Shown in pieces: positions 28,239 through 40,900 of a stretch of DNA of 64,000 nt (positions within the stretch are counted from its first letter, which is position 1; each line of letters opens with the position of its first letter). The notes beneath the pieces were generated by a model, which saw only the letters and a list, made by a program, of their open reading frames with translations, was not told where the DNA came from and searched no databases. A program made the translations under genes and the position numbers. Source of the DNA: Azolla caroliniana (taxonomy: Eukaryota; Plantae; Polypodiophyta); the NCBI GenBank assembly GCA_043228905.1, contig JBHGNT010000004.1:16554001-16618000 (forward strand), given 5' to 3'.

Positions 28239-31200
28239 CCCCCCCCATATTTATTCACAACTAGTATCAAAGCAACCTGCTATTCGGCGACGACGAATAG
28301 TAGAAAAGACAGAGAGAAGACGGAACCCTACAGTTGAAGGAAAAGACCAGGTTAATAAATCTCACTTCAAAGAACATGGCTTCAACATTTGGAATAGGAG
28401 TTGAAATTCGAAAGTTGACAACAAAAACTTTGCCCTGTTGAAGGAGATGATGCAAGATGTGTTGATCATTCGAAGACAAGTCGAAGCCATTCGACATAGT
28501 GAAAAACCTGCTTCAATGATAGCTGAAGAGTGGAGATTAATAGACGAAATTGCTCCTCCACCATTCGAATGCACCTAGCCAAAAAATTCTATTTCAGAAT
28601 GGCAAAAGAGATGACAACGTTCTCATTGTGGGAGAAGCTACAAGCAATCTATGAGAAGAAGTCCGCATCATCAAAACTAATATTGATCAGACAACTATTC
28701 AACATGAAGATGAGAGAGACCGATCTAGCCACCTCCCACATCAACACCTTCAGTTGGGTGTTGTCTGAACTTTCCCCACAAGGGATCAATTTCAAAGAAG
28801 AAGTGAAAGCCCTTGCCTCCTATCGAGCTTGCCGGTGAGTTGGGAGGTATTCTGCTCAACATTCGCCAATAGCCGACCAAATCTAAATCTAGAGGAAACA
28901 GTTGGCGAAGTTCTCATAGAGGACATTAGGCGAAAATCGATGGGACTCACCATCGACGAGTCGGTAGAAACCCACCACTTGATCGAGTCGATCGACTGAT
29001 TCAGTCGATGGAGAGAACAAGTCGATAGAACCGGTCGGAATACCAATCGGTCAAGAACGAGGGGAGACCCACAGTGGTCGATGTCGGCAAATAGCTGACC
29101 AAGTGACTTCTACACCCACTGCAGACAAGCCGGTCACAACGTTTCCGACTGCTGATCGATAAAGAGAAAAGAGAGTGGTCGGCGATTTGAGTGGAACCCA
29201 GGACGATCTAACTCGAACTGCTCTCCCGTCGACAACCAAGTCAATGTTGCCGACACCTGATCATGAGAAATCCTCTCCTTAGAAGACTTGATGATCGGAG
29301 AAGTTCTCTATAGTGCACAAGATGCACACACGTGGTTATTGGATTCCGGTGCCACATTCCACGTGACCCCTAATATCGAATGGTTTTCGAACTATTCGGC
29401 TGGAGCCAGCGGCACAGTCCGACTAGGCAACATGCATGATTGCAAAATCGCTGGAGTCAACGATGTACCAATCCAATTGTCGAATGACAACACGATAATC
29501 CTACACCAAGTCCGGTTTAGGGTGACGACGAGCCAAACTAAAGCCAGAGTTCTGGGCCGAAGCATTGCAGACGAAAATATATCTGATGAATATATCATCG
29601 TTGAAGGCAATCAGGCTCAAAGTGCCACAAACACTATGGTCAGGCAAACAACCGACCTACAATAGGCTCTATATATTCAGATGCGAAGCCTAAGCATTCA
29701 CCCCCAAGGAGAAAAGGACCAAGTAGGCACCACATGCAACGAAATGCATATTTCTCGGTTATGGAATTGATGGGGAATTGAGCTACAGGCTATGGGACCT
29801 AGAGAACTGGAAATTGATCCGGAGTAGCAACGCAATCGTCAATGAAGACTCTACTCTCTCGGAGAGGAACCAACAAAAAATAGTTGGTAAAAAGGTCTCC
29901 TTTGATATCGACAACGACACCATAGAAAGACTGACCCACTAGGCCGAATCAAGGATTCGACAAACAGTCGAACTCGACCAAGCCAACAATACACTTGTCG
30001 ACACTGAATCAGCAAGAGGTCCACTAGTCGTAATGGACTCGACTAAGAGATTGCCAAGATCAACACTGGCCAACCAAGGCAAAGCCGAATCGACAAGAGT
30101 TGAGACAAGCAAAGCCAAGAAGGGTCAAATCGACAAAGACAGTGCAGATTCGGCCGACACACCCAAAAAGGCTAAGGGGAAAAGCCGACATGAGTCGGCG
30201 AAGACTCCTACCTTCAAGTCAATCGATTCCGAAGCAGGGGAGGATGATGTGACATCGCCGAACTCCAATTATAAGGGCGACTCATACAACAGGACTCCTG
30301 ACATAAGTGGTTCAACAAATGCAGATCGACCGATAGAGCCGATCGAAGTATCTGAACCGATCACTTTGGCATTGAGGAGATCCAGATGAGTTCGAACAAA
30401 GTTCTATCAACTCGGCATGAACTACGTCAACTACACTGATGTAGGTGAACCATGTACATAGGAAGAAGCCATAGCTGCACCGGATGCCGATACATGGCTA
30501 CAAGCCATAAGATCCGAGAGGGACTCGATCCATTAGAACAATACTTGGGAGTTGGTTGAACTACCAGTTGGAAGAAAGCCACTACCTTGCAAATGGGTAT
30601 TTCGATACAAATATGTATCTGATTTAGAGAAGCCCAAATACAAAGCTCAGCTCGTCGCGAAGGGGTTCAAACAGGAACATGGGGTTGACTACGACGAGAT
30701 ATTCTCACAAGTCGTCAAGATGACCACCCTTCGGCTCCTACTAGGGGTCATGGCGACAAAAGACCTAGAGCTGGAGCAAATGGACGTAAAGAAGACGTTC
30801 CAACACAGAGATCTAGAAGAAGACATTTACATGTCTCAACCGACATGCTTCACGACGACAGGGAAGGAAAGACACCTCGTATGTCGATTGAAGTAAAGCC
30901 TTTATTGCTTAATGTAAAGAATCAAGAGATGGATTCTTGTGAAGCGGAATAGGTGTGAACTGTGTGTGTATGAGAGAGAGAGAGAGAGAGTGAGAGAGAG
31001 AGAGTGAGAGAGACAAGGAGTAATACACAGAGAATACGCAAGGTAAAAATTATATTAACAAAGGAGAAAGACTCAACATTATACAAGGTGGGAGGAGGGT
31101 GCTTTATGTAGTCACCCTCTCTCTTCATTAACTACAAGCCTCATGGAGCATGGGGAATGTGAAAGCTCATAAGTTATGTGTCATAGAATATGATTCTATG

Positions 31201-31531
31201 ACTCATACTAAATGCTAGAATACAAAGTGGTGACATAATGGTGACTCTTGACCGTTGGAGTGTCTCTTCACTCTCAAGGTGAGTTCACACACTAGACCAA
31301 GTTGAGCTTGATTCTCAACACACCCCCTCAAGGTCAAGTCGGGTCGGTTTCAGACTGTATCTGAAATCCGCTTCAACTCGCGTTCTAGAGTCCGCGTCAA
31401 CTCGTGTCGACTCGCATGTATGCGGAGTTGCGGAATCCGTGCTCCAGCTTGCGTTGTGCATAGTTGCGAAGTCTGTGCTTTGGCTTGCGTCTTTCTTCGT
31501 GGCTTTGTTGCGTGGTTGCGGAATCCACGCG

Positions 31532-34461
31532 TTATTGCGTAGTGTCTTCAGTACTCCCCCTCAAGCTTGGCCGGTTAGGGATCGTCAATCCGAGATCGGT
31601 CATGAATTGCCATAGCTTGTCAGCTCCTAAGGCTTTAGTGAAGATGTCAGCCGTTTGAAGATTGGTGCTAATGTGTTGTAGGTCGATATCGCCAACTAGA
31701 ACGCGCTCTCGGATGAAGTGATAGTGCACTTCGATGTGCTTTGTCCGCGTGTGGAACACCGGGTTCCGAGCCAGATAAATACTGCTCATGTTGTCGCAGT
31801 AAAGGGGAGTTAGATCCTTGATGGGAACGCCCAAATCCTTCAAAATCCTCTTAAGCCATACGGCTTCATATGCAGCTACGGCTGCGCCCCTATATTCCAC
31901 CTCCGTACTCGAAAGAGCGACGGTAGGCTGCTTCTTGCTACTCCAGGATATTGCTCCGCTGCCGAGGGAGAAAACAAATCCGGAGGTTGATCTTCTATCG
32001 GCTTTGTACCCGGCCCAATCGGCATCTGTGTACCCCTCGAGTCGTATTGGCATTTCGGTCTTGTTGAGGATGCCGCAATCCATTGTGCCGCTCACGTATC
32101 GTAGAACTCGCTTAACACAATCCAAGTGAGTATCATGTGGTGTTTGCATGAATTGGCTAAGGAGACCAACCGGATAACTAAGATTGGGTCGAGTGAACGT
32201 GAGGTAGATGAGACTCCCGATGAGTTGCCGATACTGAGTTGGCTCACACGCTTTGGTGCCGGAGTTCGCATCTAGTTTGAGATTACGATCGAGCGGGGTT
32301 GCCACGGATTTGCACTTAGCCATCCCGAACTTGTATAACAAGTTGAGGATGTAGTGCCATTGAGAGATCATGATTCTGGCTGGAGTCCGAATTACCTCGA
32401 TGCCGAGGAAGTGGTGGAGCTCCTTCATGTCCGTCATCTTGAACTTGTCGGAAAGGAGGGATTTGACCTTAGTGATTTCGATGAGATGCTCACCTCCAAT
32501 GACTAGTTTATCCACATATAAGATGATGACGATTGTGGAATCGCTTCATATGTAGAGGGAGTTGTCCGATTTTGACATACGGAAGCCGATTTGATGAAGA
32601 TATTGCATTATCTTCGAATGCCAAGCACGTGGTGTTTGCTTGAGGCCGTAGAGTGGCTTCTTGAGTCGGCATACGGCTTTTGGATGAGTGCTCGAGTTAA
32701 AGCCGGGTGGTTGGATCATGTACACCTCCTCTTCTAATTCACCTTGTAGAAAGGCGTTCTTGACGTCCATTTGATGGAGGTGCCACCCTTTCGCTGCGGC
32801 AATCGCAATTACGGTCCGTACTGTCGTCATCTTTGCCACCGGGGCAAAGGTCTCTTCGTAGTCGACGCCATGCGTCTGAGCGTATCCTTTCGCTACGAGT
32901 CGAGCTTTGTAGCGGTTTACGGAGCCATCGACGTTATACTTCACCTTGTAGATCCATCTGCATCCGATCGCCTTTTTGTGTGGTGAGGTGGGAACGAGAT
33001 CCCACGTCTCGTTCTTCCGTAGTGCCTGCATCTCCTCGTTCATTGCTTCGATCCATCGCGGGTCCTTCGCGGCTTCCGAAAAGGTTTCCGGCTCCTGTAT
33101 TGTCGCTACCTTCATCATAAAGGCGTAATGGTACGCCATGTAATCGTTGTAGCCGAATCGGCTTACGAGGTTCTTTTCACGAGTGGATCGGTGGAGCTTT
33201 TCATTTGCAGAGATGAGGGCTTTCTTGGCTCTGATTGGTACCTTGAAACCGCCGAACTCACTGTCGAGTGAGTGAGTCGATTCATCATCGTCGAAGCGAT
33301 CGTCTTCATATTCCGCCATTTTCGCCTTGCCTTTGTCCATCTTCAGGCTAGGCCGTGATGTGCTTTGATCCCTCAAAGGCTCTTGTGGTCCGCTCAGTCG
33401 GGTCATGATCGGACTTTCTTCGAACATGCGCGTAAGATGATCTTCATCCTCTATCTCTTGTTCGGTGGATTTTGGGTCGAGCGGAGTCGGAGGCGAAGTT
33501 GTCTCTGGTGCGTACCAGGATGCGGACTCGTCAAAGACGACGTCTGGACTTACCCGAGATTTTCGAGTTGAGGGGTTGTAGCACTTGTACCCCTTTTGCT
33601 CCAGTGAGTATCCTACGAGGATACATTTCTCCGACTTCGGGTCGAGCTTTTGACGCTTCTCGTCGGGGATGTGCACGTACGCACATCCCCGAATATCCGA
33701 ACATGTGATAGGTTCGGCTTCTTTCCGAAGAATCTTTCGTGCGGAGTGACCTCGTGCACGCCGGATGTTGTGCACCGGTTCATTAGGTAGACGGCCGTAT
33801 TTGCCGCTTCAGCCCAATATGACTTGGGCATATTCTTCTCATTCATCATGGCCCGCGCTACTTCGAGGATGTGCCAATTTTTGCGCTCGGCTACTCCGTT
33901 TTGTTGCGGAGTGTGTCGGCAAGTGAATTCTCGCCGAATTCCTTCCTTTCGGAGATACACCGTGAAATCATTCGAGAAGTACTCCTTGTCGCCATCCGAT
34001 CGAAGGCATCGTACATGTCAGCCCGTGGCTTTCTCGACTTCATTCTTGAAATTTTGGAAGTGTCCGAACACTTCGCTCTTTTGCCGCATCGGGTAGATCC
34101 AAGTGTGCCTAGAAAAGTCGTCGATGAATAGCACGTAATATCGGCATCCGCCGAATGTCGCCGTTTGAGCCGGACCCCATACATCGGAATGAATTACATC
34201 GAGTATGCCTTTGCTCACATTCCGCTCTTTCAGAAATGGGTGTCAGTGTTGCTTGCCGAATTGGCATGCTTCGCATACACCTTCAATCTCCTTCTCTTTG
34301 AATGTCGGGAGTTCGATGATGACTCCTTTCGATTTCATTGCTTTGAGTTTGTTGAGATTGATGTGGCCGATTCGCTTATGCCATAGCTCTATGTCGGAGT
34401 CGGTTTTCGTGCTTTTCGCGAACATGGCGGATTTCATGTCGTGCGAATTGAGAATGAACAT
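31532..34461 (-). pseudogene. Copia E pol (GAG-pre-integrase, integrase, RT, RNaseH), several frameshifts
   Basis: LWHKRIGH/CEACQFGK, HSDVWGP, PQQNGVAERKN, KARLVAKGY, YTDADWAG, KHIEVHYHFIRE. Confidence 0.93.
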
Positions 34462-34491
34462 CCGGCCCTCTCTTCTTCCGCGTGCGATGAT

Positions 34492-35814
34492 TCAACCTTC
34501 TTTTTCGATGAAGCACCCTTCTTGGTTGAATCGTACTTGCATCCCTTGCTCAACCATTTGGCCGACCGAGAACAAATTCTTTGTGATGGTGGGTACATGC
34601 AAGACATTTATAATGTATGTTTGCTTACCTCTTTCGCCGAACGGAACATTGCCGATGTGCCGAATCGGGTGCGTAGTGTCATCTCCGGTTTCGACATAAC
34701 CGGGTCGCTCCGGCTCTCGAAGTTCGAGAAACCATTCTTTGTGGGATGCCATATGGTTTGAGGCTCCGGAGTCAACAAACCATACGTCCTCCGGATTGAG
34801 GGCACTAGTTGAGGTAGAGGCCGACATAGACTTTGCTCTATGTTTCATCATGAACATTCCGCCACGATCCTCGTAGTCGGAGTTGTGCCCGTACATTCCA
34901 CTATACTCTTCGTAGTCGGAATTGTGCGCGTAATTCGTGAGTTGTCGGCTTGTGGAAGCCGATTCACGCATCTTCTTTCGGCACTCTTCTTTGTGGTGGC
35001 CGAGCTTTCCGCAATATCCGCATTCGGTTTCGTTTTGACGGCTCGGGCCGGAGTGGAAGCTCCCCCTTCTTGCAAAGGTTCCTCGTTGGCCTCCGTTTTG
35101 CGGCCGAAATTGGGAGTTGTTGTCGTAGGTCGGACCTCGTCCGCCTTGTCCTTGGCCGAATCGGCCTCTCGCTCGTCCGCGTCCTCTTCCTCCATTAGAG
35201 TGCGTGTAGAGCATGTGGCCTTCCGACTCATTGCTCCTTGTACGCACGTGGTTTTCTTCAACTAATAGCATTGATTGGAGCTCGAAGAAGGAGGGAGATT
35301 TCTCCCGTGCTAGAACGGCGGTTCGCATCGCGCTGAACCGTGGTGCGAGGCCGCCGAGGCATATTTGCACCATCTCATCATCATCTATACTTACGCTTAT
35401 TGAGCCGAGCGAGTCGCAAAGCTCCTTGATCTTCAAGGTGTATGTCGTGATAGACATATCCCTTTGTTGAATGTTGTTCAACTCTTGGCGGAGTTGAAGC
35501 TTCCTCGCGGTCGTGTTGGCGGCGAAAATCTTTCGTAGGTTTTCCCACGCTTCCTTCGGCGTCTTGGCTTCTCGAATGTAACCGAGCATGTGGTCGTGAA
35601 CACATGTCGCCAAACAATACATCACGCGGCTTGCGGCTTGCTCCCATGTTGCGTATCCGGGAGCCACTTCGGCGGGTCGGTCTTCATGCGCTCCTTTGAT
35701 GTAGCTCCAATAGCCTTGTCCGACAAGGTATTGGTGCATCTTGTACTCCCAAGATGCGAAGTTGTTTCGATCCAACTTCTCGGTAGGGAGAGCGCTCCCC
35801 ATTTGAGTATTCAT
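34492..35814 (-). CDS. gag: Copia E gag-protease ORF (440 aa)
   Basis: UBN2-type gag, CGYCGKLGHHKEEC knuckle, WFVDSGASNHM protease motif. Confidence 0.9.
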   Translation of the reverse strand: MNTQMGSALPTEKLDRNNFASWEYKMHQYLVGQGYWSYIKGAHEDRPAEVAPGYATWEQAASRVMYCLATCVHDHMLGYIREAKTPKEAWENLRKIFAANTTARKLQLRQELNNIQQRDMSITTYTLKIKELCDSLGSISVSIDDDEMVQICLGGLAPRFSAMRTAVLAREKSPSFFELQSMLLVEENHVRTRSNESEGHMLYTHSNGGRGRGRARGRFGQGQGGRGPTYDNNSQFRPQNGGQRGTFARRGSFHSGPSRQNETECGYCGKLGHHKEECRKKMRESASTSRQLTNYAHNSDYEEYSGMYGHNSDYEDRGGMFMMKHRAKSMSASTSTSALNPEDVWFVDSGASNHMASHKEWFLELREPERPGYVETGDDTTHPIRHIGNVPFGERGKQTYIINVLHVPTITKNLFSVGQMVEQGMQVRFNQEGCFIEKEG

Positions 35815-36436
35815 TATGTCGATTCTTCTTCTTCTTCTTCTTCTTCTTCTTCTCTCTTGAATGCGAGCTATGTAGCGAAGCTACGATAGCGATGAGCTGG
35901 TTCTTGGTCATCGGCGTGGAGCACAACACACGATCATGATGAGGCGAATGGGCTAGATCGAGCTACCAAATCGCTCTGATACCATGTAAAGAATCAAGAG
36001 ATGGATTCTTGTGAAGCGGAATAGGTGTGAACTGTGTGTGTATGAGAGAGAGAGAGAGAGCGAGAGAGACAAGGAGTAATACACAGAGAATACGCAAGGT
36101 AAAAATTATATTAGCAAAGGTGAAAGACTCAACATTATACAAGGTGGGAGGAGGGTGCTTTATGTAGTTACCCTCTCTCTTCATTAACTACAAGCCTCAT
36201 GGAGCATGGGGAATGTGAAAGCTCATAAGTTATGTGTCATAGAATATGATTCTATGACTCATACTAAATGCTAGAATACAAAGTGGTGACATTGTCATGA
36301 TATGGCAAGACTCGAACCCATGACCTTATGCTACATGGGTCGAGCTCTTACCATTAGACTATGAATTGTAATACGTAGAATATTATTTTCATTTATGTTT
36401 TATCATAGAAAATTGATGTATATTCCAGATCTCTCT

Positions 36437-36482
36437 GGAACATTCTAGAAGCTTCAGGATTATTCCTGAGAACACTATAAAA
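36437..36482 (+). promoter_or_regulatory. Perfect four-unit heat-shock element plus TATA box in the chromovirus LTR (second copy from 41683)
   Basis: gGAAcaTTCtaGAAgcTTCa at 36437-36456 and TATAAAA at 36476-36482. Confidence 0.8.
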
Positions 36483-36794
36483 GAGGGCCCTAGGCATTAT
36501 GTTTAACCAAATTGGTTCAACGCCAGTCTTAAGGGTTTTAGCCATTTTGTACTTATCCTTCACATAATATATTGGCTGTCATCATAATCTCTCTCTCTCT
36601 CTCTCTCTCTCTCATCCTCGCTATCTCTCTCTCGGGAGTCTTACGCAGTCCCGTCCTCTTAGTACTAATAGTACTGCTCCTCTTTAGTACTAATTCCATC
36701 TCTGCTTAGTACTATTCCTGACAGTTTGAACCAATTTTCTTTTCTCCAACCTACTTGTCGTTCTCCCTCATCCTCCTACCCTTTTCCCTATACT

Positions 36795-37952
36795 ATGGCT
36801 ACTGTTAGCGCCCAAGAATATCAATCCATTTTCTCCGAGCTACAGTGCTTAAAAGAAAAATTTGTTGCCTTGGAACAAGAAAACCAACGGCTGATAGGGG
36901 ATCTGCAACAAATCGCTTTAGAAAAACAACAAACGCAACAACAACATGGGGAGTTAGCGTTACGGGTGCAACAACTCGAAGCAGCATTGCAACAACAAGG
37001 ATCAAGTCCCCAAGGATTTCATAAAGAGCCGAAGATTGGACTTCCTGTGAAATTTGATGGAACGCGATCGCAGTTCAGGGGATTCCTTAATCAGGTACGA
37101 TTAGTCCTCCAAATGCATCCTTCCCATTATCCCAATGATGCATCCCGAGTCGGCTTAATAGGCACATTGCTTAGCGGCTCAGCCTTAGCATGGTTTGCTC
37201 CGCTTCTAGAAAAACAATCGCCCTTGCTTAATAACTTTGAAGATTTTATTAGTGAGTTTAAAGCTTGCTTTGGAGACACCGACAGCATCAGGACGACGAT
37301 CAACAAGATCCGGCGATTGCGTCAAGGCGATCGTCCAGCCTCTGCCTACGCGGCAGATTTCCGCCTACTTGCTTCAGATATACCCTGGGATGATCAAGCA
37401 CTAATGGAGCAGTTTCGCTATGGCTTGCGAAACGATGTCAAAGATCTACTTCTAACTTTCCCCGAAGAACCAAAATCTCTTACGGAGGCAATCAGTCGAG
37501 AGGTCCGATGTGAGAACCGCCTTTTCGAACGACGTTTAGAACGTCAATTACAGATACCACACTCTAGGCCGGTGCCCACTTACGCCGCAGTCGCGGCTAA
37601 ACCGTTTGCACGAGACATACCTCAAGCAAATACTTCGACACCGATGGAGATCGATACCATGCGTCGACGCGGCCCGTTATCGGAAAAAGAAAAGCAACGA
37701 CGACGTGCCAATCGATTATGTCTTTATTGCGGTGGACCAGGACATATCGCCATCAATTGTCCCCATAGGCCAAGAAGATAGGTAAATCAAATCGTCGCCT
37801 GTACGAAACCCGAGTCAATTCTTCCCTTCGGAGTGTCTGATAGTATTAATAGTACTAATAGAGTGTTAGATAGTATTCATAGTACTAATAGCCCAAGTAT
37901 CTCAAATAAATTTGAAATCCTTAGTCAATTAGATGAAGAGTTAAACGATTGA
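36795..37952 (+). pseudogene. gag: Chromovirus gag (one premature TAG at 37779, likely CAG>TAG)
   Basis: PVKFDGTR...LSGSALAWF...LRQG...CLYCGGPGHIAINC; the frame stays open from 37782 to the TGA at 37950. Confidence 0.88.
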
Positions 37953-40900
37953 GTCCAGCCAAAATAGGAGCTGTTTGGTTGGACAACAACCCTAGATCTG
38001 TACAACCCATTAGTGGTTCCATTCCTTCCAAGCAAGTTAGTAATGTGTTCCTAGCCCAAGTCATTGTTAGTACTAAAAGTACTCCCCCAGTACCCGTCCT
38101 AGCACTTTTAGATTCCGGAGCTAATTCTTGTTTCATGGATCGAAATTTTGCCCAAGCTTCTCAGATATCCTTAAGAAAAATTCATTGTCCCGCATCTGTA
38201 GTAGTCATTGATGGTCGTCCCATTGCTTCCGGGAATATTGTAGAAGAATCAGAACCCATTCAAGTTGTCCTAGGTAGTTTTGTGTGTATAATATCATTTA
38301 ATATAATTAGTAGTCTAGAGCATCCCATTGTCCTAGGATTACCTTGGTTTGAATTACATAATCCAGCCATAGATTGGCGAACAAGAGAAGTCCGATATCG
38401 ACCACCCCAAGAATCAACTCACCGAGTTTCGACCATTTCACTCCATCAACAGTTTCGACCATTTCACTCCATCAACTACGCGAAGAAGGACCCAAGGAGG
38501 CAATGTTCCTATTTGCCATATCAGTACATCCTTCCAGCACTATTAAGAAGGACTCCTCAGTACAACTTCCGGCAAAATATCATCCTTATGCCGATGTATT
38601 TGACAAGGTAAAAGCCGGTACCCTTCCTCACCACCGTCCCTATGACTGTCCCATCGATTTACAACCAGGAACCGAGCCACCATGGGGACCAATTTACAAC
38701 TTGTCACCCACCGAGTTAGAAGTCCTTCGAGCCTACATAGAGGAGAACTTGGCAAGCGGGTTCATTCGTCATTTGAAATCTCCGGCCGGTGCACCCATCT
38801 TCTTTGTCAAGAAGAAAGATGGCTCACTTCGTCTCGTCGTTGATTACCGCGGATTGAATAAAGTCACCATCCGGAATAGGTATGCACTTCCTCTTATATC
38901 AAGTCTTTTAGAGCGAGTTAATGGTGCCAATTTTTTTACTAAAATCGACCTACGAGGAGCGTATAACCTCGTGCGGATCTGACCGGGAAATGAATGGCAG
39001 ACCGCCTTTCGCACGCGGTATGGGCATTTCGAGTATACTGTTATGCCGTTCGGCCTAACCAATGCACCCGCATTCTTCCAACACATGGCAAATGATATAT
39101 TCAGAGACCTCTTGGATATCTGTTTGATCATCTATCTGGATGATCTATTGATTTATTCGAAGACCCAGGAAGAGCACGATTCTCATGTACTATTAGTACT
39201 AAAGCGACTCCGCGAGAATGGTCTTTATGCCAAGCTAGAAAAATGTAGCTTTGACTGCAAGCAAGTGGAATTTCTAGGCTACGTCATCTCCTCAAAAGGC
39301 ATCGCCATGGATCCAGCTAAAATCCAAGCTGTACTAGAGTGGCAAATTCCACGGTTTTCTAGGTTTTGCTAACTTCTACCGTAAGTTTATATAGGATTAC
39401 TCGAAGATTATTTTACCTCTCACACAACTTTCGAAGAAGGGCCAAGCATTTCTTTGGTCCATCGAAGCAGATATGGCTTTTCGGCATCTTAAGAAAGCCT
39501 TTACATCAACACCGATTCTAGCTCATGTGGATACAAGCAAACCATTCATCATGGAGGCCGACGCATCAGATTTCGCCCTCGGTAGCATCCTTTCTCAACA
39601 AGGAGATAAAGAAGAGTTGCATCCGGTGGCTTTCCATTCGCGCAAATTTGATGTCGCAGAAATCAACTATGAAATACATGACAAAGAGTTATTAGCCATC
39701 GTGGATTCATTTGTGCAATGGCGGCATTTCTTAGAGGGCTCTTCACATCAGGTCATTGTCTTTAGCGATCATAAAAATCTTGCTTATTTTCAGAACGCTC
39801 GCGTACTAAATCGACGACAAGCTCGGTGGGCGCAATTCCTCACGCGTTTCGACTTCAAAATCATATATCGACTGGGGAAGCAGCAAGGAAAAGCAGATGC
39901 ACTATCACGGCGGTCATATCTTGCACCTCGTCCTGGTGATGCAACCTTTGATAATCAAAAGCAAGTAATCTTGGGACCAACACGATTGCACACGACGCGG
40001 ATTTTTCACACCCCGATGGATTCACGGATTACCGATGACATACGTGCAACCTTGAAGATGGATAGTTTTTCTCAAGACATCCTGGCGCACATTGATACTT
40101 CTCGGGTATCCTGTTCTCAGTCTCAACAACCAGGTATTGACTATCGACAATTCGAATATCATGAGGGTTTGTTATTCTTTAAAAAGCGCGTATATGTCCC
40201 CCATTGCTCTTGTCGCCTTCAAATTGTCCAGCATTGTCACGACACCCATACGGCAGGACATTTCGGTAGTACTAAGACGTTGGAGCTAGTGCAGCGATCT
40301 TTTTGGTGGCCCCACATGCGCCGTTTTGTCGACGACTACGTTCAGACCTGTGATGCTTGCTGCCGAGCAAAGATGCCACGACACCATCCATATGGCTTGT
40401 TGGAACCCTTTCCGATTCCAAGTAAGCCGTGGCACTCTATTTGTCTTGATTTTATCACAGATCTGCCGGTCTCGAAGGGGTTCGATGCTATCCTAACCGT
40501 CGTCGATCGATATACGAAGATGGCACATTTTGTGCCGTGTACTAAAACCATCACTAGCGAGGAAACCGCCGCCCTTGTTATGCGTGAGGTATTTCAGCAT
40601 CATGGCCTCCCAGATAATATCATCAGTGACCGAGGACCGCAATTTGTCTCCAAATTTTGGCAGCATCTCTTCAAGATGCTCAAGGTCTCCTACAACCTCT
40701 CCTCCGGCTACCATCCTCAGATCGACGGGCAGGCGGAACGAACAAACCAAACACTGGAGCAATATCTCCGGTGTTTCCTGAGTTATCAACAGGACGATTG
40801 GGCCGAGATTCTCCACTTTGCGGAGTTTGCGTATAATAATGCTATTCACTCCTCGACTCGGGTCTCCCCATTTTTCGCTTATATCGGTTCTCATCCTCGC

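Noticed and set aside
36300-36365. Functional tRNA genes at the tRNA-like cassettes (also 50860, 57170, 57520)
   Set aside because: Acceptor and anticodon stems do not pair; only promoter boxes and partial arms remain. Reported as findings, not tRNA genes.
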